64,000 bases of DNA from Ignavibacteriota bacterium (lineage in GTDB: Bacteria; Bacteroidota; Ignavibacteria; UBA10030): NCBI GenBank assembly GCA_963727825.1, contig CAVSHO010000001.1, forward strand, positions 288,001 to 352,000, given 5' to 3'. Below are positions 50,697-60,548 of the stretch, piece by piece. The notes beneath the pieces were generated by a model. That model saw only the letters and a list, made by a program, of their open reading frames with translations. It was not told where the DNA came from and did no database searches. A program made the translations under genes and the position numbers. The stretch's first letter is position 1; each line of letters starts with the position of its first letter.

Positions 50697-52374
50697 CTAC
50701 ACCAGCAATGGTGCGAGCGGTTGAATGTATTGCTTATTCTGATTACTTAGAACTTGTTGAATCAACTGCGAAAACTCTGTGTGATCGAAAGGTTTGCGAA
50801 TAAATCCTGAAGCGCCATCCTGCAATACGGCACGCGTCGCTGTTTCATCGGTGTAACCGGTTGCAATGATCACTTTCACATCAGGATTAATTGTTTGCAA
50901 ATCGCGGAACGTTTCCTGTCCGCTTTTTCCGGGCATCAGCATATCGAGAATCACTAAATCGATCTTTTGGTCTTGAGCTTCGTAAATATGGATCGCTTCT
51001 TCACCGCTTGCAGCGCGAAGAACATGATAGCCGAGTGACTCAATAAATTCTCCATTGATAAAAAGAACCAGATCTTCATCATCCACGAGCAAGATTGTTC
51101 CTTCTCCCGAAATTGCAGGAGCCATCTGTATTTCTTCCTGTCGTATATGTGGTTTCTTGACAAGAGATCTAAAATAAATAGAGAACGTTGTTCCCTTACC
51201 GACTTCACTTGCGACTGTGATTTGTCCGCCATGGCGCTGCATTATGCCATACGCAACTGATAAACCAAGACCGGTGCCTTTTCCTACTGGCTTGGTAGTG
51301 AAGAATGGTTCAAAAATCTTTGGGAGAACCTCTGATGGAATTCCTGTGCCGCTGTCCTTGATATCCAATTGAACATAACTACCAGGATGAAATTGAGGTT
51401 TCCGTAAGCAATATTCCTCATTCAATTCAATCATCGAGGTCGAAATCCGAAGGGTTCCGCCGTTTGGCATTGCATCACGAGCATTCAACGAAAGATTCAT
51501 AATTACTTGCTGCAACTGCGTTTCATCTGCTTCGATTTGCTCAAGTTCTTGTTCAAGCGCTAATTCGACATGTATCCCTTTCCCGATCGAACGTTCCAAC
51601 ATACGGATGGTTTCACGGATGACTTCGTTGAGAGAAACAACTTTTTTATTGATAATATTCTTTTGAGAGAAGTCGAGCAATTGTCTGGTCAGTGATGCCG
51701 ATCGTTGAGCGGCGTTTTCGACAATCCTGCAATACTGCATCAGCTGGCGAGTCAGAAGGTATTTTCATTTTGAGCATTTGCGTGCCGGATAAAATGGCGC
51801 CAAGCATATTGTTAAAGTCATGGGCAATGCCGGCAGAGAGAGTGCCGATACTAGCCATCTTTTCTGACTGAAGAAGCTGATCGTCCTTGGTTTTGATCTC
51901 TTTCAATGCTTGCTGTAGCTGCTTATTTGCTTCGGCGAATTTGTTCCGATTCTGTTCCACCTCTTCGGCATGTTGAATTAATCGGATCCGCTGTTCCATC
52001 AAAACTCGGTCAATAGAGATCAGTCCTACATACTGGCCATCTCGCACGACTACAATATCTTCATAAACAGAATCGGATTTACGCACGAGTGCACGTTGTA
52101 CAATATCAGAGAACTGATGGTTAACACTCACAACCAGGAATTCTTTCAACATCAATTCTGTGACCGGTCGTTTTTGGTAAACCGCATAACCATATCGTGA
52201 GGAAAGAGCATCTGCGGTTTTCTTGGAGGATAGAAAACCAATTGGCTTATTGTCTTCAAGAACAACCAGAGATTGCGTTTTGTGTTTCTCAAACAATTCC
52301 ATGACTTGTTCACATGGTACTGTGGATTCGATTCCGGGAACAGGCGTAACTAACCGATCTGTTGTATTCTTCAT
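50697..52374 (-). pseudogene. CBS-pair hybrid histidine kinase (CBS-CBS-HisKA-HATPase-REC) with a +1 frameshift near 51746 (may be a sequencing error)
   Basis: CBS repeats and EKMASIGTLSAGIAHDFNN in the upstream ORF; NARDAM, FFTTKPVGKGTGLGL and a receiver domain in the downstream ORF. Confidence 0.88.
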
Positions 52375-52501
52375 GATATTTCCTCGAAATATATGCGCAG
52401 TGAAACTTCAGTATTACAAACGGCAAAATATGCCATGGAGATATTAGATGAGTATCATGAAAGAGTTATCAATTTGAAAAAAAACAGCCAGAAGGGTTTT
52501 A

Positions 52502-52548
52502 TTTACAGTTTTCTAATGACTTGATTATCTTCCGGTAACATAGTAACA
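52502..52548 (+). promoter_or_regulatory. Putative Pho box upstream of the OlsF-like gene
   Basis: TTTACA, CTAATG, ATTATC, GTAACA starting at 52502, 52513, 52524 and 52535 (exact 11-bp period). Confidence 0.6.
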
Positions 52549-52584
52549 GTATGTTATTCTACTTATTGTAAGGAAGACAAATTC

Positions 52585-54384
52585 GTGGTTTATGTGAATT
52601 ATAAAAATGTTCACATTGATTTGGAAGCAGTCCTTGCGAAATATGTACCTTCGTATTGGCAAAAACTTCCCTTAGTATTGCATGCACCTGTCGTTCGATT
52701 CTTCCATCGTATCTTATCGATGGACAGGATAGAAAAGTTCTTATTAGATCATCGCGGCGTTCGAGGTTTCAATCTAATCGATGATTTGTTCGATATGCTT
52801 GAAGTCTCGTTTCTTGTATCGTTACGCGAAATGGAGCGGATACCGACATCCGGTAAAGTCGTCTGCGTCAGTAATCATCCCTTAGGCGGACTTGACGGGC
52901 TTGTTATTTTAAAAGCTATTTACGAAGTCCGTTCCGATGTTCGCATTGTTGTAAACGATGTGCTGCTCAATTTGGAGAGCCTTGCAGATCTGTTTCTTCC
53001 TGTAGATATATTCTCCGGTGTGAACGCCCGCGCAAACAGTCGCAGGATTGATAAATCATTAGCATACGATGAAGCCGTTGTATTTTTTCCTGCTGCAGAA
53101 GTATCACGTATGTCATTGCGCGGTATTACCGATACGAAATGGCACACAGGAGCAGTACGATTTGCCCAACATCATAAAGCTCCGATTCTTCCAATGTATG
53201 TTGGCGCAAAAAATTCAAAATTCTTCTATGGAGTATCACTCATTTCGAAAAAAGCATCGATGCTTTGCTTACCTCATGAAATGCTTCGCAAGAAACCAAA
53301 ACCGATTCGCTTACATGTGGGTGAAATAATTCCGTATGATGCTTTTGCTCATCTACATGCAAAAGCAGCAACAAAACTCATGCGCAAACAAGTTGAAGCA
53401 TTACCTTTTGGTAGAAAAGGACCATTTAGAACAGAACGGGGCATTGCACGACCAATGGAGAAACGAGTACTTCGCCATGAGCTCGATGCTGCGATGTGTT
53501 TAGGATCACCAGCCTCGCGGAAGAAATTGTTCCTCATTACAGCTAATGAGTCGCCACTTGTTGTTCGTGAAATTGCCAGGCTGCGGGAGATAACATTCAG
53601 GCAGGTAAGCGAAGGAACTGGGAAAAGGCTGGATATTGACTCATACGATCAGAGCTATAGGCACTTAATTCTTTGGGATGATGAACGTATGGAAATTATC
53701 GGTGCCTATAGGCTTGGATTCTGCGATGAGATTTTGCCTATCCAAGGAGTACAAGGAATGTACGCTTCGTCTCTTTTTCATTTCTCGGAAGCATTTCTCC
53801 GATTGCTTCCTTTTGCAGTTGAAATGGGGCGCAGTTTCATTCAACGTCCGTATTGGAATTCGCATGCCCTTGAATATTTGTGGGCTGGAATTGGTGCGGT
53901 GATCGCTAATGAACCGACGGTGAAATATCTTTACGGGCCTGTTTCTATAAGCGGAACGTATACTGAGGAAGCGAAAGAAGCGATAGTGTATGTCTGTTCC
54001 AAATGGTACGGCGCACCGGATGGATATGTAACCTCGTTACACCCCTATCGCATAACATATGAAAAGAGAGCAACTCTACATGAATATTTTTGCGGAACAT
54101 CGTACCAGGAGGATTTAAATAAATTGAAGCTGCGTTTGCGTGCCATTGGTGTTTCCGTTCCTACATTGATACGACAGTATTCGGAACTCTGCTCGCCAGG
54201 GGGAGTGCGGTTCTGTGATTTTGGTATCGATGAAGGATTTGGGTCTTGCATCGATGGATTATTCCAATTAGATATGACACATCTGACTCCTGAAAAGTAT
54301 GATCGCTATATCGCACAATATGCATCTGTCCTCCGATATCCGGGGCGAACTATACCGCAGCTGGCCATTCCTTCTGTGTCATAG
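52585..54384 (+). CDS. Bifunctional PlsC-type O-acyltransferase / GNAT N-acyltransferase (OlsF-like aminolipid synthase)
   Basis: SNHPLGGLDG (HxxxxD), FPAAEVS; C-terminal REIARLREITFR, DIDSYD, GAYRLG, EMGRSF, LWAGIG. Confidence 0.82.
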   Translation: MVYVNYKNVHIDLEAVLAKYVPSYWQKLPLVLHAPVVRFFHRILSMDRIEKFLLDHRGVRGFNLIDDLFDMLEVSFLVSLREMERIPTSGKVVCVSNHPLGGLDGLVILKAIYEVRSDVRIVVNDVLLNLESLADLFLPVDIFSGVNARANSRRIDKSLAYDEAVVFFPAAEVSRMSLRGITDTKWHTGAVRFAQHHKAPILPMYVGAKNSKFFYGVSLISKKASMLCLPHEMLRKKPKPIRLHVGEIIPYDAFAHLHAKAATKLMRKQVEALPFGRKGPFRTERGIARPMEKRVLRHELDAAMCLGSPASRKKLFLITANESPLVVREIARLREITFRQVSEGTGKRLDIDSYDQSYRHLILWDDERMEIIGAYRLGFCDEILPIQGVQGMYASSLFHFSEAFLRLLPFAVEMGRSFIQRPYWNSHALEYLWAGIGAVIANEPTVKYLYGPVSISGTYTEEAKEAIVYVCSKWYGAPDGYVTSLHPYRITYEKRATLHEYFCGTSYQEDLNKLKLRLRAIGVSVPTLIRQYSELCSPGGVRFCDFGIDEGFGSCIDGLFQLDMTHLTPEKYDRYIAQYASVLRYPGRTIPQLAIPSVS

Positions 54385-54388
54385 CATC

Positions 54389-54416
54389 ATAATATATTCT
54401 TAATTCTCTAATAACA
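54389..54416 (+). promoter_or_regulatory. Putative Pho box upstream of the ulosonate operon
   Basis: ATAATA, TTAATT, ATAACA at 54389, 54400 and 54411 (11-bp period); AT-rich context weakens the call. Confidence 0.4.
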
Positions 54417-54562
54417 TCAAATAGTTATTTTAAACAAGAATTTTCGTTTACAAAGATATTTTGTTCTGTTCGTGGTTTTTATCTAGGAGCGTTTGTTCCC
54501 TCAGAAACGAAGTGATAGAGAAATATGACAAGAAAGATTATGAATAACAGGAAGAATGTTTT

Positions 54563-55552
54563 GTGAGTATGATCCAGCAGTTTAATTTCTCGATAATCCG
54601 CATTGATTGGATGTTACTGCTTCTGCCGATGCCCTTCTTCATCGGTATGCTGCTGGACACACTCGCATGGAAGCAATTGCTTCCGCCACATCTTACCTTG
54701 CGGTTCAAATCATTATTTGGTGCACAAGTGGGAACGGAAGCAGTGCTCCTTTCCATTCCCGGCGGCTTTGCCATGACGGATCCGATCAAACTGTATATTC
54801 TTAAACAACGGTTTCACATTCCGCCTTTGGAAGTGTTTACTAGCCTTATTACACGTCATTGGCTGTTGGGAATTACACAACTTATTTTTATAAGCTCAGT
54901 TTGTCTGTTTGGATTTGTCGTTTCAGAACAACAATTACTGACTTCCTATATCCAGGATGGAACATTGTTCATCGCGATAAGCGTACTCATCACTGTGAGT
55001 CTCGGCCTTGGTTTTGTCGTCCGAAAACTCATGCGCGGTACACTTGCCCGTGATGTCTGGAAAATCCTATATAGGATGAATATCCGATTGTTGAGAGAGA
55101 AATTGAAAAGAGCAATAGGTTCTTTCAAAGAGGCCGACCGTTGCTTCGAAGCATTATGTAAAAGAAATGCGTCGAGTATTATATACGCAGCAATGTTTTA
55201 TCTTCTCTTGTGGACAATGGATGTGTGGGAAACAATGCTGGTTGCCCACGCAACAGGATTTCAAATTTCCATTATTAATGCTTTTCTCATTGAAGCAGTT
55301 CTTTCTGCTGTCCGTTTAAGCGTATTCTTCCTTCCTGGAGGTGTCGTAGTAAAAGAACTCGGATATTTTGCTCTCTTTACATCATTTAATCTTGGTATTT
55401 CTATGATTCGGATTTGTTCATTTGTTTTAATAAAGCGTCTGGTATCCATTCTTTGTATTCTTATCGGTTATCTCGTTCTCCTAAGACAAAGAATAGGCAC
55501 GATTTGGAAACATTCATCGATTCCTTATCAAACTATTATGGAAAGTCAATGA
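54563..55552 (+). CDS. UPF0104 / lysylphosphatidylglycerol-synthase-TM (flippase-like) membrane protein
   Basis: Multiple TM helices, IPGGFAMTDPIK, FFLPGGVVVKE, LIKRL. Confidence 0.72.
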   Translation: MSMIQQFNFSIIRIDWMLLLLPMPFFIGMLLDTLAWKQLLPPHLTLRFKSLFGAQVGTEAVLLSIPGGFAMTDPIKLYILKQRFHIPPLEVFTSLITRHWLLGITQLIFISSVCLFGFVVSEQQLLTSYIQDGTLFIAISVLITVSLGLGFVVRKLMRGTLARDVWKILYRMNIRLLREKLKRAIGSFKEADRCFEALCKRNASSIIYAAMFYLLLWTMDVWETMLVAHATGFQISIINAFLIEAVLSAVRLSVFFLPGGVVVKELGYFALFTSFNLGISMIRICSFVLIKRLVSILCILIGYLVLLRQRIGTIWKHSSIPYQTIMESQ

Positions 55553-56547
55553 AAAAAAAGATCTTACATATTGGGGGAACGTGGAACCAAATTACTCAAC
55601 TACACCAGATTGCAGATATGCTCCCCGAGTATGATCACTGTTTTTCTCCACAGTATTGTGATGGATTATTACGCGTTATTCAGAAATGGGGTTGGTTGGA
55701 TTTCACTGCTCCTGGACGTCCTTGGGTCAAGAGGATAAAAAAGTATATCCATGATCACCAACTCCAGGAAGACTGCGGCGGTGAATCAGGAGATTACGAT
55801 TTAACATTGATTACGACGGATTTAATTGTGCCAAAAAATATTTTGAATGGAAAAGTTGTTCTTGTGCAAGAAGGAATGACCGATCCCGAGAACTTTATGT
55901 TTCGGATGGTTAAATGGTTTCCATTCCTGCCTCATTGGATTGCCAGCAGTTCTGCTAACGGATTGAGCAATAAGTACAATGTACTCTGCGTTGCAAGTGA
56001 GGGTTATCGTGATTTGTTTATACAGAAGGGCGTGAAACGCGAAAATATTATTGTAACAGGTATTCCGAATTTTGATAATTGTAAAAAGTTTTATAACAAC
56101 ACATTTCCATTCCACAAATATGTTTTAGTGTGTACTTCGGATTCGCGCGAAACTTTCAAGTTTGAGAACAGAAAGAAATTCGTGCGACAGGCATATGAAT
56201 TTGCTGACGGCCGACAACTAATTTTCAAACTTCATCCCAATGAAAATATTAAACGTGCAACGAAAGAAATCAATACCTATGCACCAGGTGCTTTAGTGTT
56301 TACAAATGGGAATACTGAAGAAATGATCGCAAACTGTGATGTATTGATAACACAATATTCAAGCGTTGTGTACGTAGGAATTGCTTTGGCAAAAGAAGTG
56401 TACTCGTATTTTGACGTCCAGATGCTGCGAAGATTATTGCCACTGCAGCATGCTTCTGCAGCAAAAAACATTGCACAGGTATGTCGTCTGCTCCTCGAAA
56501 CAGAATCGGTGAGTGTTCCTGACTTATCTTTCGAGATAGTTTCTTGA
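55549..56547 (+). CDS. Uncharacterised GT-B-like protein, candidate CMP-ulosonate glycosyltransferase
   Basis: VLVQEG, IIVTGIPNFD, FKLHPNE, DVLITQYSSV; ATGA overlap with the previous gene sets the start at 55549. Confidence 0.6.
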   Translation: MKKKILHIGGTWNQITQLHQIADMLPEYDHCFSPQYCDGLLRVIQKWGWLDFTAPGRPWVKRIKKYIHDHQLQEDCGGESGDYDLTLITTDLIVPKNILNGKVVLVQEGMTDPENFMFRMVKWFPFLPHWIASSSANGLSNKYNVLCVASEGYRDLFIQKGVKRENIIVTGIPNFDNCKKFYNNTFPFHKYVLVCTSDSRETFKFENRKKFVRQAYEFADGRQLIFKLHPNENIKRATKEINTYAPGALVFTNGNTEEMIANCDVLITQYSSVVYVGIALAKEVYSYFDVQMLRRLLPLQHASAAKNIAQVCRLLLETESVSVPDLSFEIVS

Positions 56548-57356
56548 AAAAGCTGATTATTATACAGGCACGGCTTGGTTCTTCGCGGCTGCCGCGGAAA
56601 GTGATGATGCCATTGAAGGGAAGTCCTTTGCTTCTGCGTATGATTCAACGGGTAACAACTGCGAAAGTAGATTGCGACCTCATTGTTGCGACAACAACGA
56701 ATCCCGAAGATGATGCTATCAGGGATCTTTGTCAGAAGTTCAATATTCCTTGCTACAGTGGTCATCCGATCGATTTGTTAGATCGGCATTACCAAGCTGC
56801 TCTGCAAGAACATGCCGATGTGGTTATTAAGATTCCTTCAGATTGTCCTTTGATCGATCCACGGGTCATTGATAAAGTAGTCAAATACTATGAAGATCAT
56901 GCGGATCAGTATGATTTTGTGAGTAATCTTCATCCTGCAACTTATCCGGACGGGAATGATGTAGAAGTGATGCCATTCGATATTCTTGAAATTGCATGGA
57001 GAGAAGCTGCTCGTTTACTGGAACGTGAGCATACCACACCATTTATCTGGGAACATCCAGAACGATTTAGAATTGGAAATGTACTCTGGGAAACTGGTAA
57101 AAATTTTTCAATGACTCATCGCTGGACGATCGATTATCCTGAGGATTATATCTTCATCAAAAAAGTATATGATTACCTGTGTACGCCAGACTCCCCAGTA
57201 TTTTCAATCTATGATATCCTGGAATTACTGAAGCAGGAACCGATCCTGCCTCTTTTGAATGTAAAATATGCAGGTGTCAATTGGTACAGGCATCATTTAA
57301 ATGAATTAAAAACAGTGACATCGAAAGAAACAAAAATATTATTAGAAACGGCTTAG
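56544..57356 (+). CDS. SpsF-type acylneuraminate/ulosonate cytidylyltransferase
   Basis: IIQARLGSSRLPRKVM, SDCPLIDP, REHTTPFI, RWTIDYPED. Confidence 0.88.
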   Translation: MKKLIIIQARLGSSRLPRKVMMPLKGSPLLLRMIQRVTTAKVDCDLIVATTTNPEDDAIRDLCQKFNIPCYSGHPIDLLDRHYQAALQEHADVVIKIPSDCPLIDPRVIDKVVKYYEDHADQYDFVSNLHPATYPDGNDVEVMPFDILEIAWREAARLLEREHTTPFIWEHPERFRIGNVLWETGKNFSMTHRWTIDYPEDYIFIKKVYDYLCTPDSPVFSIYDILELLKQEPILPLLNVKYAGVNWYRHHLNELKTVTSKETKILLETA

Positions 57357-57357
57357 C

Positions 57358-58215
57358 ATGTTAGATGAACAAACTCAAATTTTGAAAGATCGCGCGCTTC
57401 ATGTGCGTGAACATATTATCCGGATGGCAACTGACGGCGGTTGCTTTATAGGTGCATCCCTTTCATGTGTCGACCTTATTGTATTTATGTATTCCGACCT
57501 ATTAAATATTACACCGGATAGCATTGATAATCCTGAGCGTGATTATTTCTTTCTTTCTAAGGGGCATGGTGTCCCCGCGTTGTATGGAGCACTCGCCGAA
57601 TTAAACTTCATGCCAAAAGAACGGTTATTACAGCATTTAAAAATATCCAATTCCATGTATTGGCATCCGAATCGATCAATTCCAGGGGTTGAATTTCATT
57701 CGGGTTCGTTAGGACATTTGCTCGCAGTTGCAATCGGTGTTGCCTACGACATAAAGATTCGAGATGGAAACAATCGTGTCTTTGTACTTCTCGGTGATGG
57801 TGAATTGAACGAAGGTTCAATCTGGGAGGCATGCCTTTCTGCTGCAGCACACCAACTTGATAATCTTATCGTAGTCGTGGATCGGAACGAATTTCAGGCA
57901 AATGCACGGACAGAGGAACTTATTCCGCTCGAACCGATTGGAGCAAAATTTGGAGCATTTGGCTGGACCTGGAAAAGGATCGATGGTCATGACTTCAAAG
58001 CAATGGATGCTGTTTTTCATTGTCTTCCATTTCAACATGGGAAACCTAATGTTATTATCGCGAATACCGTACGCGGAAAAGGATTACCCAGCATAGAACA
58101 GCGGGCAGATAGATGGTTCGCCGACTTCACAAAACAGGAAATGGAAATGCTATTGCAAGAATTGCACAGTTCGGTTCCCACCGACATCTCCTCTGAAACT
58201 CTTATGGTTCAATAA
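57358..58215 (+). CDS. Transketolase, N-terminal (TPP-binding) subunit
   Basis: RDYFFLSKGH, GSLGH, GDGELNEG; GGCFIG where transketolases usually have GHxG. Confidence 0.9.
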   Translation: MLDEQTQILKDRALHVREHIIRMATDGGCFIGASLSCVDLIVFMYSDLLNITPDSIDNPERDYFFLSKGHGVPALYGALAELNFMPKERLLQHLKISNSMYWHPNRSIPGVEFHSGSLGHLLAVAIGVAYDIKIRDGNNRVFVLLGDGELNEGSIWEACLSAAAHQLDNLIVVVDRNEFQANARTEELIPLEPIGAKFGAFGWTWKRIDGHDFKAMDAVFHCLPFQHGKPNVIIANTVRGKGLPSIEQRADRWFADFTKQEMEMLLQELHSSVPTDISSETLMVQ

Positions 58216-58216
58216 C

Positions 58217-59185
58217 ATGACATACGAAGAGAAGCTTGCACAATTATGTGCACAAAATTCCAAGTTGATGATCCTCACCGCTGAAAATCGCGCAGTCATT
58301 CGATCTCTTCCAACGGGACTCGGCAAACGATTCATAGATTTCGGCATTGCAGAGCAAACAATGGTTGGGGCAGCCGCCGGCCTAGCATTGCGTGGGAGAA
58401 TTCCAATAGTACACGCCTTGGCGACATTTCTTACCATGCGTGCATTTGAGTTTATCAGGACGGATGTAGGAATCGCCAAATTGCCTGTAAAATTAATTGG
58501 CGCCGTTCCAGGATTCCTCTCCGATGGCAATGGCCCGACTCATCAAGCGATTGAAGATATTGCACTAATGCATTCGATTCCTTCTATGCAGATATTCTGC
58601 CCATCTGATATTGATGAACTTGTCGATGGACTTGATCAGGTAATCCAAAGTAAATATCCATGTTATGTTCGCTTTAATGCTCGGTCCTCAGTGATTAAGC
58701 ATTTTACGCCATTTGTGTTCGGAGTATCCGAAACAATTACCGATGGATTTGATATAACAATATTGACTTATGGTTTTTTATTGGAACAAGCACTCATTGC
58801 CAGGGAACTCCTGGAAAAGTCGGGAGTGTCAGTTCGTCTTATCAATCTTCGCAGTCTTCATCCTATTGATGAATCCACAATTTTACGAGCCGCTCGAGAG
58901 ACACGGCTGCTCGTGACAGTTGAAGATCATTTTTTAAACGGTGGCCTGTTTAGTATTCTCAGCGAGATTCTTGTTAGAACTCAAACAATGGTCAATGTAT
59001 TGCCAATCGCACTGGAACAATGCTGGTTCTCACCTGGCATATTGCAGGATGTACTTGAACATGAAGGATATACAGGCAAGCAGCTTTCTCAACGAATTCT
59101 TACCAAGTTTACATCAATTCATCAGAATCACATAAAAGTTTCCAAGCATCATAAAGTTTCATTTTTCATACGATCAATTTGTTAA
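58217..59185 (+). CDS. Transketolase, C-terminal subunit
   Basis: DFGIAEQTM, GPTHQAIED, VTVEDH. Confidence 0.9.
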   Translation: MTYEEKLAQLCAQNSKLMILTAENRAVIRSLPTGLGKRFIDFGIAEQTMVGAAAGLALRGRIPIVHALATFLTMRAFEFIRTDVGIAKLPVKLIGAVPGFLSDGNGPTHQAIEDIALMHSIPSMQIFCPSDIDELVDGLDQVIQSKYPCYVRFNARSSVIKHFTPFVFGVSETITDGFDITILTYGFLLEQALIARELLEKSGVSVRLINLRSLHPIDESTILRAARETRLLVTVEDHFLNGGLFSILSEILVRTQTMVNVLPIALEQCWFSPGILQDVLEHEGYTGKQLSQRILTKFTSIHQNHIKVSKHHKVSFFIRSIC

Positions 59186-59198
59186 AAAAGGGGTTGGT

Positions 59199-60548
59199 AT
59201 GGCAAACACTGTACAAAACAACGAACGATATCCGGATATTACTCAATCGAATAAATTGTATACTCGCGCCTTAACGCTTATTCCTTCACAAACTCAAACG
59301 CTTGCCAAAGGTCCGGGGCAATATATAAAAGGTGTCGCCCCTAAATATCTTGTGCGCGGGAAAGGTTCGCATGTGTGGGATGCAGACGGAAATGAGTTTA
59401 TCGATTATAATATGGGCATTGGTCCGCTATCCCTCGGATATTGCTACCCAGCTGTCGATGAAGCAATCAAGGAACAACTGCAGAACGGAATAACGTTTTC
59501 CATGATGCATCCGTTGGAAGTAGAGGTTGCAGAGTATATCCATGCACTTGTGCCGAGTGCAGAAATGGTTCGTTTCAGCAAGACCGGTGCCGACGTCACG
59601 AGTGCTGCCGTACGATTGGCGCGTGCCTTTACAGGAAGAAACAAAGTTCTTTGCTGTGGGTATCATGGCTGGCATGATTGGTATATAAGTGTCACGGATC
59701 GCGATAAAGGAATTCCGCGGGAAATAGCTAATCTCACACACACGTTCAATTACAACGACATCGATTCGGTTGTTGATTCGATCGACAGTGAGACTGCATG
59801 CGTTATCCTTGAGCCTATTGTGTTCGAAGAACCTAAGGACAACTTTCTTCATTTACTAAAGGGAATATGCGAACAGAATGGAACATTATTGATTTTCGAT
59901 GAAATGTGGACCGGCTTTCGCTTAGCGCTTGGTGGCGCGCAGGAATATTTCGGCGTGAAAGCGGACCTTATGACTTTTTCAAAAGCGATTGCTAACGGGA
60001 TGCCTCTTTCGGTTCTCACGGGGCGCGCCGATGTAATGCAGTTGCTTGAAAAGGATGTATTCTTCTTTACAACATTCGGTGGCGAGGCACTTTCTCTTGC
60101 AGCCGCAAAAGCGACAATTCTCGAAATGTTAGCTCACCAAGTTCCGCAGCGCATTGCCGCACAAGGCAAAAAGTTGCGCACAGGTCTCGATGCAATTCTG
60201 AAGGAAGAAGATATTTATTTTATAAATTGTCGTGGATTTGATTGCAGAACAATGCTTTCAATTGATTCATCTGTTAATAATCCGCTTGCATTAAAATCGT
60301 TTATTCAGCAAGAGTTCTTCAAGAGAGGCATTTTATGGAGTGGGTTTCATAACATCTCTTACTCTCATACCGACGAAGATATCGAATATACCCTAAAAGC
60401 ATATCGTGAAGTGCTAATATATGCAAAACGAGCTGTGCAGGATGATATTGTACTTAATTCTCTTTGCGGTGAAGTTGTGGAGCCGGTTTTTCGGAAGACC
60501 AGCAACTTTCACACTAAGCCAAAGATAGAGGTCGATGGGAAAAAATGA
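59199..60548 (+). CDS. Class III PLP aminotransferase (GSA-aminomutase-like)
   Basis: GYHGWHD, LIFDEMWTGFR, FSKAIANG, TTFGG. Confidence 0.9.
   Translation: MANTVQNNERYPDITQSNKLYTRALTLIPSQTQTLAKGPGQYIKGVAPKYLVRGKGSHVWDADGNEFIDYNMGIGPLSLGYCYPAVDEAIKEQLQNGITFSMMHPLEVEVAEYIHALVPSAEMVRFSKTGADVTSAAVRLARAFTGRNKVLCCGYHGWHDWYISVTDRDKGIPREIANLTHTFNYNDIDSVVDSIDSETACVILEPIVFEEPKDNFLHLLKGICEQNGTLLIFDEMWTGFRLALGGAQEYFGVKADLMTFSKAIANGMPLSVLTGRADVMQLLEKDVFFFTTFGGEALSLAAAKATILEMLAHQVPQRIAAQGKKLRTGLDAILKEEDIYFINCRGFDCRTMLSIDSSVNNPLALKSFIQQEFFKRGILWSGFHNISYSHTDEDIEYTLKAYREVLIYAKRAVQDDIVLNSLCGEVVEPVFRKTSNFHTKPKIEVDGKK

Noticed and set aside
52420-52438. Sigma-54 promoter upstream of the CBS kinase (TGGCA...TTGC on the minus strand)
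   Set aside because: GG to GC spacing is 8 nt rather than the required 10.
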